Of a stretch of DNA of 52,137 nucleotides, positions 21,190-31,729 are shown in pieces. This stretch comes from Guillardia theta CCMP2712 (taxonomy: Eukaryota > Protista > Cryptophyta), in the NCBI RefSeq assembly GCF_000315625.1, contig NW_005434594.1, positions 1 through 52,137 of the forward strand, given 5' to 3'. How positions within the stretch are numbered: position 1 is the stretch's first letter; every line of letters begins with the position of its first letter. A program made the translations under genes and the position numbers. Under the pieces are notes generated by a model that ran no database searches, was not told where the DNA came from, and was given only the letters and a program-made list of their open reading frames with translations.

Positions 21190-23403
21190 GTGGAGGCGCT
21201 CTCGAAAATCTGCTCAGAAGACTAACAGCGAAGGCAATGTCTGCTCTTGTGCCATTTGCGATATACAGAATTGTCCCAAGAAGTGCTTGATACTGCCGTA
21301 CTGCAGATTTGTCTAGCTGAGCAATTCTCCTTCAAGATGATAAGTCCGCATGTACAAACCAGGAAGGATCGTAAACACTGAACGCAGAGGAATTCCGAAC
21401 TTGTCAATCAGTTGTTCAATGAAATGTTTCTGACTCAGCGTGATAGTCCCTTTCTTTAAATCTTGATGAACACGAATCCCAAGAAATGTACCAGTTGCTT
21501 CACTTCCAGAAAAATCAAATACCTTGCTCAGCTGATTCAGAAAATGATCACATACTTCCTGATTTTCACACACAATAAGAAGATCATCCACCCATGTCGT
21601 AATGAGAATTCTTGAACCGTTGTGTTCATATCTGTAAATAATTTCATCATGTCCCCGGTGACAGGCGCAGGAATTCTCGACTCCCGACAGCTTTTCCCAC
21701 CATCGTCGCGGAGCCGTTCGCGTCCCATACTAGTATCGCTTTGGTTACTTTGAGCAAAACATTCGGAGGCAAAGCCATGATGTCAGGCGGTATCATGAAC
21801 ATCGGTTCGTTCAATTCACTGTATAGGAACGCTGCCGCGATATCTCGGAAGGCGATAATCCATCCATTTCCTGCCGCTATGCTGAGTAACAAGCCCGAAT
21901 GTTATCCATCGACGTCGTCGGCGCAAACAACTCCTTGGACGTGGGTAAAAGATTGCCCATCACAACCAACCTTGCTTTTCTCTTCAGAATGTTGCCATGT
22001 AAATCTTTCTTTGAGGAATAAACCCACATCGCTCTCGCAAGAATTTTGCCTCGTGTTTCATCAGACCTCGGGACCACTTCCCAAACTCGCCTTTCTTCCA
22101 TCTTTTGAATCTCAGCTCGTTCAGCTGCCTCCCACAATTCTCTATCCTTGTGCAACAACATCTCCCTTCGATTGCGAGGATCTGCCGTCGAACTCGAGTC
22201 TTGCACTGATGGCGGAGCTCGCGACAGAAATGCTGCAGAGAGTTTGACAGCTTCCCATACAGGAACAACTAGCGCCATGTTGGTGACAAGCATACGAGAG
22301 TCTGGAAAACATTGTGTCAACTCACTTGTACCAAGATCAATACAGTCTGGATCACGAGCAACATCAATGTCATAGGCAAAATCCGTACGTTCTCACTGTC
22401 CGGATGGATTAATATCCAGTACTTGTCGTCAAACGTAACACGCACCAAGAATGTATCATCTTTGAAGACAACTTGAGTAATCGTCCCCGTTCGAACCTTC
22501 CCATTATCCATGACAACTTCAGCCCGCCTGTTGATGAAGCGGTTTTCGGCATCCCGTCTCTGCTTACGAAAGTCTCGTCTGGTACGACATGTTTTGGTCG
22601 ACGACGCTGCCTCTGTATCCGTATGCAATCCGCATCCTCTTGTCCACCGTCAACCATCACTGCAGGCACATAATCTTCATCGCTATCCTGGCACAACATC
22701 TCAGCAGCCCTTACTCCCTCATCCAACCGTGTTCGCTTTCGACGACCACTAGTCCGAGCATTTACTGCCTCTGACCGTTCATCTTCAACACCCTTGACAG
22801 ACGAACTTCCGAATCATCCTCCATGTCAATGTGTTGCACTATATCGTGCTTTACCACCACTTCAGGATCCTCTTGCCAATTCATCCGTCCCGCACGTCGA
22901 AATGGAAAGAAGAATTCATCACAGGTCAGATTATTCGTGTGATAGATTTTGTTGTCGTCAACACACCATACCAAGTAGCCAATGGTATGCCCAGGAAAAG
23001 CGTTTGCATTTCCGAGCATCATGAATGCCCTGTTTAGCTAGATCTTCAAACTTCGAACTGCGTACATTATTCTTGAAGAATGTCATACACCCAAAGGTCA
23101 GAGTCTTGAGAGATTTGAAGTCGAAAACATCTCCATTATAGATTGTATACGGAGAAAGATTGCCAAATTTCCTGAAACTCGGGAGTGCATTGTACAGGTA
23201 CGTAGCCTGCATAACAGAAAATTCCCATTTCTCGATAGGCAAAGCACTCTGTTTGAGCAAAGTTCTGTGGATAGTACTGACTGCTCGAATTCCTCTCTCA
23301 GCCAGCGAATTGTAGACTTGACTGTAATCAGGAATCCGATCCCACTTCAAACCTCAGTCTCACGAACGAATGCCTCCAACTCTGAAGAAGAAAACTCACT
23401 GCC
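21190..23403 (-). pseudogene. Copia pol remnant: integrase C-terminal half plus reverse transcriptase, multiply frameshifted
   Basis: GSEFSS, NSLAER, ATYLYN, FGC, KARLVVMG, FAPT, DIAAAFLYSEL, WVDDLLI, FLGIRV, LSQKHFIEQLIDKFG and YQALLGTILYIANGTRADIAFAVSLLSRF. Confidence 0.92.
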
Positions 23404-23420
23404 TCATTGTTGTTACAGAT

Positions 23421-23607
23421 TCACTGTTTGAGTCGGTGATTCGATTGTTTTTGGAATCGTTGTTTGGAAGTTGGACTCGATTTTTTGCATTTTTTTTTCG
23501 CTTGTGCTTTGAAGTTGCCAGTTTGGAAGGTCACTGTTTGAGTCAGTGATTCGATTGTTTTTTGGACTCGTTGTTTGGAAGTTGGACTCGATTTTTTTGC
23601 ATTTTTT
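23421..23607. repeat. Two ~75-bp direct repeats in the probable Copia 5' UTR
   Basis: tcactgtttgagtc.gtgattcgattg...ttttgcattttt occurs twice, ~110 bp apart. Confidence 0.85.
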
Positions 23608-23671
23608 ACCGTCTGTCGGAGTCGATTCTTGTGTGGAACGTTGCTACTGATTTTTCGACATTGCTTTTACC

Positions 23672-24045
23672 ATGGGAGGAGGAAAATTGGACCTCAGTGA
23701 AGAATTGATCAAGACTCATCCTGAGTTACAGATGGACATATTCCTCAAAGGATCTCATCTGTGACGTCACAGGAGGAATTGGATGAACTTTTGCTTCCGA
23801 TTCAGAATGCAATGAATCGATATCGGACAGGATTGGGCATGTGTTTGTTCCCGCTGATACGAGAGTTTCCCCTCGATCAACTCGGTAATTTTGGTGGTGA
23901 GTTTCATACTGTATGGGAAAAGAACAAGAGTCATCAGTGTGAATGTGGATGGCGAGTTGACGGAGGAATGGAAAAGGCAGGTCGTTTTGCTTTTCCTGAA
24001 TGCCAAACATACCGGGCAGTTTCCCACCGCTCCCGGCACCTCATT
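23672..24045 (+). pseudogene. Probable degenerate gag N-terminal part (inverted)
   Basis: Frameshifted coding-like stretch from ATG 23672; identified by position in the reconstructed element, not by motif. Confidence 0.35.
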
Positions 24046-24239
24046 AGTAGTTCATCAATTGGGGTACCTTCTTTGATGGGGGTGGGCTGCCTGGTTTGAA
24101 TTTTTGTACCAGAAATGATTTTTGAGTAATTACATAAAAGTTGTTTTTGAGAGATTTTGGGAGGAATATAGGGTACAAAAGCTCCTGGCAACCCCTCTGA
24201 TTGACCCGGTCCCCCACCCCGGGGCCCCTTCCCCCCCCC

Positions 24240-24376
24240 CCCCCCGCTCCTCCAACCATCCCCCGCCCCTCCAACCATCCCCCGCCGCTCCAACCATCCC
24301 CCGCCCCTCCAACCATCCGGCCGCCCCTCCGACAACCAATCCCCCGTCCCTCCAACCATCCCCCGCCCCTCCAACA
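24240..24376. repeat. 19-bp C-rich minisatellite (CCCCGCCCCTCCAACCATC)
   Basis: About 6-7 imperfect tandem copies. Confidence 0.9.
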
Positions 24377-24531
24377 TGCGTTCTCCCCGCATTTCAAGAG
24401 TTGCCGCCCAAGAAGGGAGGGAGAAAATCAGAAGGGTAACGCTAGTGATGGATGATGACGGGGAAACTCGGAAGCTTGAGAGAGATTGTGTACCTCAAAT
24501 GATCAAAATCCCTTTTTTCTTCTCTCGGATG

Positions 24532-25332
24532 TTATTTCAGGAAGACACTGACGCTCCTCAACTTGTGCTTTGGCGCGCTCGGCATCATTTGCCTGACCGC
24601 AGGTTTCAGGCAGTTTTGAAGCTCCTTATTCGTGGCAAGTTCATTTTTTATGACTGTCTTGAAGGCTTGACTGCTCAGAATGCCTTCAAAGAACGTAAGG
24701 CTATCGTATTTCGAAGTTTTGCACTTCTTCTGCTTTCGAGGCCCCTCGGCCGCTTCCTGTCCAGAGTCATCCTCACACTGGTGGTGAAATGATAGATCAG
24801 CAAAATGTCCCCATTTCACTCGACAATTGGCCTTGTGTGACGCAAAGTGCCGATCTACCTTCTTCGTGACCACATCTAGAAGGTCCTCATCAGTGTCACC
24901 CTGGATCTTCTTCAGAATCGCTGTTTTCACTTTTGGATCTTTGATAGAATCGTAAGAAGCCGGAATTGGTTCATCAGAGTCGGAAATAATCCCTTCGCGT
25001 ATGGCTTCATCCACATGATGACTAAAACCTCTCTGCTCCTCATACTCTTGTAAGATTCGAAGCAACAACTCAGGAGATCTACCTGCATCCCAGGTGTTAC
25101 AAAGATTTGAATTATACAAATAATCTCTTTTCAAACCTATGGTCTTCAGGCAAGCATTGACATTAGGTTGTCCTTGCCATTTTCCTTGTTTATAGAGGAA
25201 GCCCGCTCGACTTGCCAGAGACTCCCAGGTGAGCAATTCATCGTCTTCCAGGGTGATCGTTTGTTTGCGACGTCTGCACGAACTTCCTTGCAAAGGTGGG
25301 GATGACGGATTTGATAGATTTGGTCCTGACAT
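24532..25332 (-). CDS. Hypothetical 266-aa protein inside the insertion
   Basis: Uninterrupted, non-low-complexity ORF with basic NLS-like segments (RRRKQ, PRKQKKCK). Confidence 0.6.
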   Translation of the reverse strand: MSGPNLSNPSSPPLQGSSCRRRKQTITLEDDELLTWESLASRAGFLYKQGKWQGQPNVNACLKTIGLKRDYLYNSNLCNTWDAGRSPELLLRILQEYEEQRGFSHHVDEAIREGIISDSDEPIPASYDSIKDPKVKTAILKKIQGDTDEDLLDVVTKKVDRHFASHKANCRVKWGHFADLSFHHQCEDDSGQEAAEGPRKQKKCKTSKYDSLTFFEGILSSQAFKTVIKNELATNKELQNCLKPAVRQMMPSAPKHKLRSVSVFLK

Positions 25333-25857
25333 GGTTAATCAATGTTTTAATGTTCAAAATGCCAAGCCAAATTTCAAGATCCCACTGACATGTCTCTCAA
25401 CTTGTGCCGTGGCGACTGGCCTGTGGAAAAAATTCAAATCCCTGAAATAGGGATGGGTGGGGAACAGGGGGGACTACCCTACCCCCTATTTGTGAAAGCA
25501 CTAGCAGAAAAGGACCCGGTGACTTCATTCTTGTACCAAACCCAGAAACACAGTACACAATGAATTTGAATCAGGTACAAAATATTTTCGAATCTTTGTA
25601 TTGAATTTCTAAGTCTTTTCTACTGTGTTTCCAATTTATATTTATTTTATGATTATCCGTATCCTTCTAAAACGTTTTCGCAGCCTTAAAACATGTCGTC
25701 TGTTAAAAGTTTCGAGGGGAGTGGGGTGGTCTTGAAGGTTACCGCCCATGACAATTCAAATACCCCACCCCCTATTACTAGATGATAATGGGGGTAAAAG
25801 GGTGCTTCTGTGCGAGGGCAAGTACCCGTATATGAGCAGTCAAAAGTACCGGTCATT

Positions 25858-26504
25858 CAAAGCGCTAATCAGTAATCCTGGAATTTCATATACCGGTGCA
25901 GCCCCCTGAATCCCAATATGCTTTTGTTGGAGGAAGAGCGGGCAGATTCGAGATTATGTGGAGCAGTTGCAAAATTTGTCCAAGACGGTGTCGGATCAGT
26001 ATGGTAGTCCCGTTGATGACGGTGATTCCGGCAATCCAGTGAGTGCTTCTGGCAAGAAGAAAAAGAAGGGGGTAAGCCGAAGGGATTCTGATGGCAAGGA
26101 GATGGATGCCGCGATGATAAACGCGGCTGCTTGCAGACACGGTCAAATACATCACATTCAATAGGCGGTTGATTCATTCTCCGTGTCACGTGTGTAGGAT
26201 TTCGAAATTTGTGTCACGTCCTGTTCACAAACAAACCGAGGCTCATTTCGACAGGAACGTGTTGGAGATGTAAATGCTCTGTGGTATGTTGACTTGAAAG
26301 ATATGATTGCAGTCTCTGAACCATCGGGTTATCGTTACTTTCTTATAGTTGTCGACGCTTTTTCCGGATACCTGATTGTGCGTCCCATGAAGTCCACGAG
26401 TCAAACGAGTGATATCATGAAGTTCTGATGGAGTTACTTCGACAGGAGGAGAAAAGTGTCAAGAGAAACGGAGTTCAACGCATCATATCTGATAACGGCA
26501 GTGA
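25858..26504 (+). pseudogene. Copia gag end / pre-integrase / integrase N-terminal half (inverted relative to pol)
   Basis: PCHVCRISK (CxxC), WYVDLKDM...SGYRYFLIVVDAFSGYLIVRPMK and GVQRIISDNGSE. Confidence 0.88.
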
Positions 26505-26644
26505 ACCGAACTTACTCTTTGTTCCAGTTCAGACCGTACGGTAAATCACAGTTGCGCAACAACAGTAAAAAATGAGAACTGAGAACAAAGAGAAAATTTT
26601 CTCTTTGTAATCGAATCAACCGTTCCACCTCACTGGCCAGAACC

Positions 26645-27164
26645 TATTTAACCCAAGATCCACCAAAGACTAACTCTCAGTACACCTGAGATCCTTACAC
26701 CAACCTTATTCACCTCAACGATACACAGCTGTGCAGTCTCTAACACCTTCACTGATGATGATAGAACTCTCAGACTCTGAGAACCACAGAACACCACCAA
26801 CACTTCCTTTATTCACAGCAGTCACCTTCCCTTCAGTCCCTTGCAACCCAGTACAAGACACAGCGCGCCGTGGACACGGTGTGCTCCTAACCCCCTCTTC
26901 TCCGCCTGACCCTCACTGCTCGTCGATTCCTTCAATTCCAGACCTATGTCGAAACCCACTTCCATCTCGCTGAGCTTCGTCCACGGATGAGACGCAATAC
27001 CCTGAACTTCTCGCCGTCTCCAAGAACTTATCCGAGTTCTTACAACGGTGAGTCCTGCGCGGACTCCGGGCCGGGAAATCCGATTAACTTGAAGCCTGTT
27101 CAGCCTGAGTGAGGGTTCAACGGTTGCCAACGGTTGGTTAGCCAAAACTCCGACGACTGAGACA
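26645..27164 (-). repeat. Putative 5' LTR (~520 bp, TG...TA) followed by PBS-like GGTTCTGGCCAG (26644-26633)
   Basis: Starts TGTCTCAG; AATAAA at 26813-26808; the next bases resemble the copia half-tRNAiMet PBS GGTTATGGGCCCAG; orientation matches pol. No second LTR to confirm. Confidence 0.42.
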
Positions 27165-27290
27165 CGTTGGGCCCGAGCCTGAGGCTGTCCGACCGTCAGT
27201 GTGCCGGCAGTGCTGCCGCGCCCCCCGGCGGGCCCGGCCCGGCCACCGGGCTCCGAGGCTCCGGCCGGGCCGGGCCCGGGTCACGGCCTA
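27165..27290. promoter_or_regulatory. GC/CCGG-rich island immediately upstream of VPS35
   Basis: Near-pure G/C stretch 70 bp before the ATG at 27361. Confidence 0.5.
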
Positions 27291-27360
27291 AATTAGTATA
27301 CGATTATGACTGAAATATGCTTTGTAACCATCTTGTAACGGCCGAGGCGCTGACCTGGCA

Positions 27361-30300
27361 ATGGCGGAACAGCAGCTAACGCCGGAAGAGCAACAGGTAG
27401 AAGAATGAAAAGCATGAGAGGAGAGGGAAGCAAGAGAGGAGGAGAGGAGGAGACGAGGAGAGCATGGAGAGCAGGAGAGCATACGGTATCAGCGTGGCAC
27501 GACCAAGAGCAGCTGTGTCAGATGCTGCAAATTGTTTTGTCGTTGGAAAGTGAGGAAGTGAGACGAGGCAGGTGGGTGGTGGATGAGCGATGAAAGGATA
27601 TGAATGAGTAAGTTGATAGGAAGAAGATTTCTGAGCGATGCGGAGTGCAGGATGAGTGAGGCTATGGTGAGCCGGAGCGAAAGAACATGACGCGAGATTA
27701 AGAGTCGCATGTGTATGTCATGGCATAAGTGTAGAGGTCGAGTCCACGATGCAGACGAGAATTGTTTGAGATGAGGGCAAGAAGAAGAATTAAGTTAGCT
27801 TTCCTGGTTTTTTTTCGCTCAGTTGAGAAACCATCTGTCTGTTTGTTTCAACTCACTGGTGGTTTTCCGTACAGGCACGATGGCTGGAGGAGGGCAAGGC
27901 TGTTGTGAAGCAGCAGGCCTTCTTGATGAAGCGAGCTCTCGACAACACCAACTTGCGTGACGGTCTCAAGTACGGAAGCAATATGCTGTGCGAGCTCAGA
28001 ACCGGTCTTCTCTCTCCCAAGAATTTTTACGAACTTTACATCATGGTAAAAAGTGCCCGATGCTATCCAAGGGCAGGGGATGACCTTGTTGTGCTGTCTG
28101 CAGGTTGCGGATGAGATGAGACATCTGGAGCAGTACTTCTTGGAGGAGTGGAAGAGAGGGAGGAGAATGGTCGAGCTGTACGAGCTGGTGCAGCATGCTG
28201 GGAACATAGTCCCGAGGTTGTTTCTTCTCATCACAGTTGGAAGCGTGTACATCAGGTCCAAGGAGGCCCCTGCACGAGACATCCTCAAGGATCTGGTGGA
28301 GATGTGCCGAGGAGTCCAGCACCCGATGCGAGGGCTGTTCTTGAGGAACTACCTGCTTCAATGCGCTAGGGACAAGCTGCCTGACATCGGCTCGGAGTAC
28401 GGCAGTGACGTGGCAGACGGCATCGACTTCCTCATGCACAACTTCGCGGAGATGAACAAGCTGTGGGTCCGCATGCAACATCAGGGGCCCGTGCGCGACA
28501 GAGAGAGGAGGGAGAGAGAGCGACTCGACCTGCGCATCCTCGTGGGCACGAACCTGGTCAGGCTCTCTAACCTTGAGGGGATCGATGCAGACATGTACAA
28601 GACACAAGTTCTCCCCCGTATCCTGGAGCAAGTCATCAGCTGCAAGGACCAGATTGCCCAGCAGTACCTCATGGAAGTGATCATCCAGGTTTTCCCCGAC
28701 GAGTTCCACCTTCGCACCCTCGAGGAGTTCTTGGCTACCTGCCCTCAACTTCAGTCCGGGGTCGACGTCAAGGCGATCCTCGTAGCTCTCATGAACCGTC
28801 TGGCCGCGTTTGCCAAGGCCGAGCCCGCACAAATTCCTTCCGACGTCGACATGCTTGCCATCTTCCATTCCCACGTCTCCAAGATGACTGGTTCCAACAC
28901 CCTCGAGCTCGCCGCCTCCTTGGACCTTCAGGTCAGGGCCTCGTGAACCTCTGCTCCTCTGACATCTGACATCTCCTGCAGGTCGCCTTGGTGAACTTTG
29001 CGCTCGGTTTTGCTCCGGACCGGCTGGACTTTGTGGATCAGACACTGGCAGTGTGCGCCCAGCTCCTGCAGTCCAACGGAGAGACCAGGCTGTCGGGCCC
29101 GGCGAAGCACTCGACCGTACAGCTCCTCAAGGTAAATGTGGACGATGAGATGCGGAGAAATGGTGGCATCTATGAGCATGAAGGATGAACTGTGTTGTTT
29201 TGAGTTGGAGATGATGATGAAATTGATGATAATGATCATTGCGATGGTCACGCCAGAGATGCTTTAGATGATGATGGCTATGTAATCTGTTCTGTCTCCG
29301 TCGATCTGGCCTGGATCTGACCCGCTTCTTCATGCAGACTCCTCTCATCTCCAACGGGCAACCTCTCACCATCCTTGCCCTTCCCCACTATGCTGGCTTG
29401 ATGATCTACCTTCCCCTTGAGTCGCGATCCGAAGTCGCTACCCTCGCAGTCAGGATGCTCCTCTCCTCCAAGACTCCAGTGCCAACCCCTGAACAGGCAA
29501 CCCCAGTCCTCCTTCCTCCTCCCATCCTTCCTTTGCTGCCCCTTTGAACTCTCTCCCTTTGCTTCTACCTTCCCGCTGTTGTCCTCCTCGTCCGCCTCCA
29601 CCTTCTCTTCCCCTTTCTCCTCCTCTATCTCACCCAAATTTCTCTGATTTTCTCCCTGCAGGTCGACAGCTTGTTGAACTTCATTCAGCCCCTTGTGAAG
29701 GATGTTGAGGAAGACGGGCCGGTGAGTGTAAGAATGCGTGATGCAAGGATCTTTGTTTCTTCTTCCCGTCTTCCGTCCTTGTCCATCCAATGCGTTCATC
29801 GTGTTTCGACTGTTCGTGTTGTGATAGTCTTGTGATTGTGTTGTGTTGCTGTTTCTTCCAACACAGCACGATTCAAGATGATCGCGCACATCTCAGCTCT
29901 CCCCTCCCCGACCTTCCCACCTGCACTCTGACCCCTTGGCTTCCTCCTGCTGACTGTTGCTTCCTCCCAGAATGAGCTTGACGAGGAGGAGATGGAGACG
30001 GAGCAGAACTTGATTGCTGCCCTCATCCACAACTTCAAGAGCTCTGACACAGACACCCAGTATGCCATCCTCGTAGGAGCTCGCAAGCACTTCGGGCAGG
30101 GAGGGCCCCGGCGCATCAAGTTCACCCTCGTCCCCATGGTCGTCCGCGCGCTGGAGCTGGCGGAACGGGTCCACGAGGAGGAAGAGGGAGGAGGAGAGCG
30201 GGCAGGGACGATCTCAGCCAAGAAAGTCTTCGGCTTCACCCTTGAGACCATTAAGGGGCTGGCAAGTGCGGAGCCAGTCATGGCGCTGCGACTCTTCCTG

Positions 30301-30424
30301 CAGGCGTCTTTGATCGCCAACAAGTGCGGGGAGGACAAGATCGCGTACGAGCTCGTCTCCCAGGCGTTCATCCTGTACGAGGACGAGGTGTCGGACTCTA
30401 AGATCCAGATGGAGTTAGGTGAAG

Positions 30425-30468
<44 letters not shown>

Positions 30469-30776
30469 TCCTCCTCCTCCTCCTCCTCCTCACCCCCCCT
30501 TCCTATTCTTGCATTTTCTCCTACGCCCCTCTCTTTCCTATGATTTCCCCGTTCTTCCGACCTCCCTTTTCTATTGTCTCCGTTCATCTCCTCTCCTCTG
30601 CTCTCTTTTTCTTGTCCTCTTCTCACCTTCCTTTGCAGTTCTTGAAGCAGCGGGAACGCTGTTCCTCCTCAACAACCTCGACCCTGAGGACTATGACACG
30701 CTTATCACCAACACAACTAAACACGCAGCGAGACTGCTCAAGAAGCCTGATCAGTGCAGAGCTGTGAGTGATGGCC

Positions 30777-30862
<86 letters not shown>

Positions 30863-31729
30863 GGTGGTGGTGGTGGGCACGATAAGGGCAGTGGTGTTTT
30901 TGGCTGTGGAAAAGATGATGATGATGGAGAATGATGATGGAGAGGAGCACATAGAGATGGTAGTGATGATATTCCAGGTGTACACATGCTCACACCTCTT
31001 CTGGAATGCTGGAGTCAAGTACGAAGATGGAAGAACTTTCCAGGACGGGAAGAGGGTAAGTGAATGAACGAGGGATGGATGGATGGATGGAGGAGGAGGA
31101 GGACAGGAAGGAGGAGGAGGAGGAGACAGGGGGAGGGAGGGGGGGGGGAGGAGGGTCTTTCACATCTTTCCTCCTGTCATGCTCTGTCTTTCTTCCAGGT
31201 GTTGGACTGCTTGCAGCGGTCGCTTAAGATTGCAGATGTTTGCATGCAGGTGACCAATGATCCCCGCCCCCCTGCTCCTTCTGCTGCTCCTTCTGCTCGT
31301 TCCCGCGTCCTCTCCTTTTTTCACGCCCCTTGCCCCCTCCTCTGCTAATCCCTTCCGTTCCTTTCCGTCCCGTCACCATCGTCTCCTCCTCGCATGACCT
31401 GACGCCTTTTGTTGGCAGTCTTCCAACAATGTCAACCTTTTCATTGAGATTTTAGATCGTTACTTGTACTACTACGAAGTGAGTCAAATATTCCTGCTCC
31501 CTCCTCCTGCTCCCTCCTCCTGTTCCTTCTTCCTGTTCCTGCTCTTGCTTCCTTCTCTGTTCCCCTCCTCCTGTTCCTTCCTTTTCTGTCCCCCTCCTCC
31601 TCTTTCCTCCTCCTCCTCCTCCTCGGCATGTTCGCCCTTCCCTCCCCTGCTCCTCCCTCCTCCTCCTCTCTTTTGATTTTTTGATTTCTTCAGGCTGGGA
31701 ATGAGAAGGTCACCGTCAAATACATTCAG
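27361..31729 (+). CDS. VPS35: Retromer subunit VPS35, about 12 visible exons; 3' end in gap
   Basis: [86 protein letters not shown] and [13 protein letters not shown]. Confidence 0.97.

Larger units (their letters stand above)
11627..21197. repeat. Higher-order head-to-tail repeat of a ~2.5-2.9 kb cassette (3 copies plus a partial 4th)
   Basis: The same MEARCHDA anchor occurs at 12938, 15730, 18191 and 21131; gene stops at 13592, 16384 and 18845. Spacings include gap-length estimates. Confidence 0.93.
24046..25852. mobile_element. 1.8-kb unclassified insertion flanked by TCATT direct repeats
   Basis: TCATT at 24041-24045 and 25853-25857. Removal joins ...PTAPGTS to FKALISNPGISYTG in frame. 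No TIRs or LTRs found. Confidence 0.45.
21190..27164 (-). mobile_element. Degenerate, rearranged Ty1/Copia LTR retrotransposon; RNase H and 3' LTR missing
   Basis: Integrase precedes RT (Copia order); see the sub-features for pol, the inverted gag-integrase part and the putative LTR. Confidence 0.75.

Noticed and set aside
11627-21197. Canonical Helitron termini for the cassette
   Set aside because: No convincing 5' TC or 3' hairpin-CTRR at an A|T site, and no Rep/helicase.
7441-27164. One giant Polinton/PLV spanning the island
   Set aside because: No matching terminal repeats, polB, capsid or ATPase; the AGTAGT at 24046 has no inverted partner.
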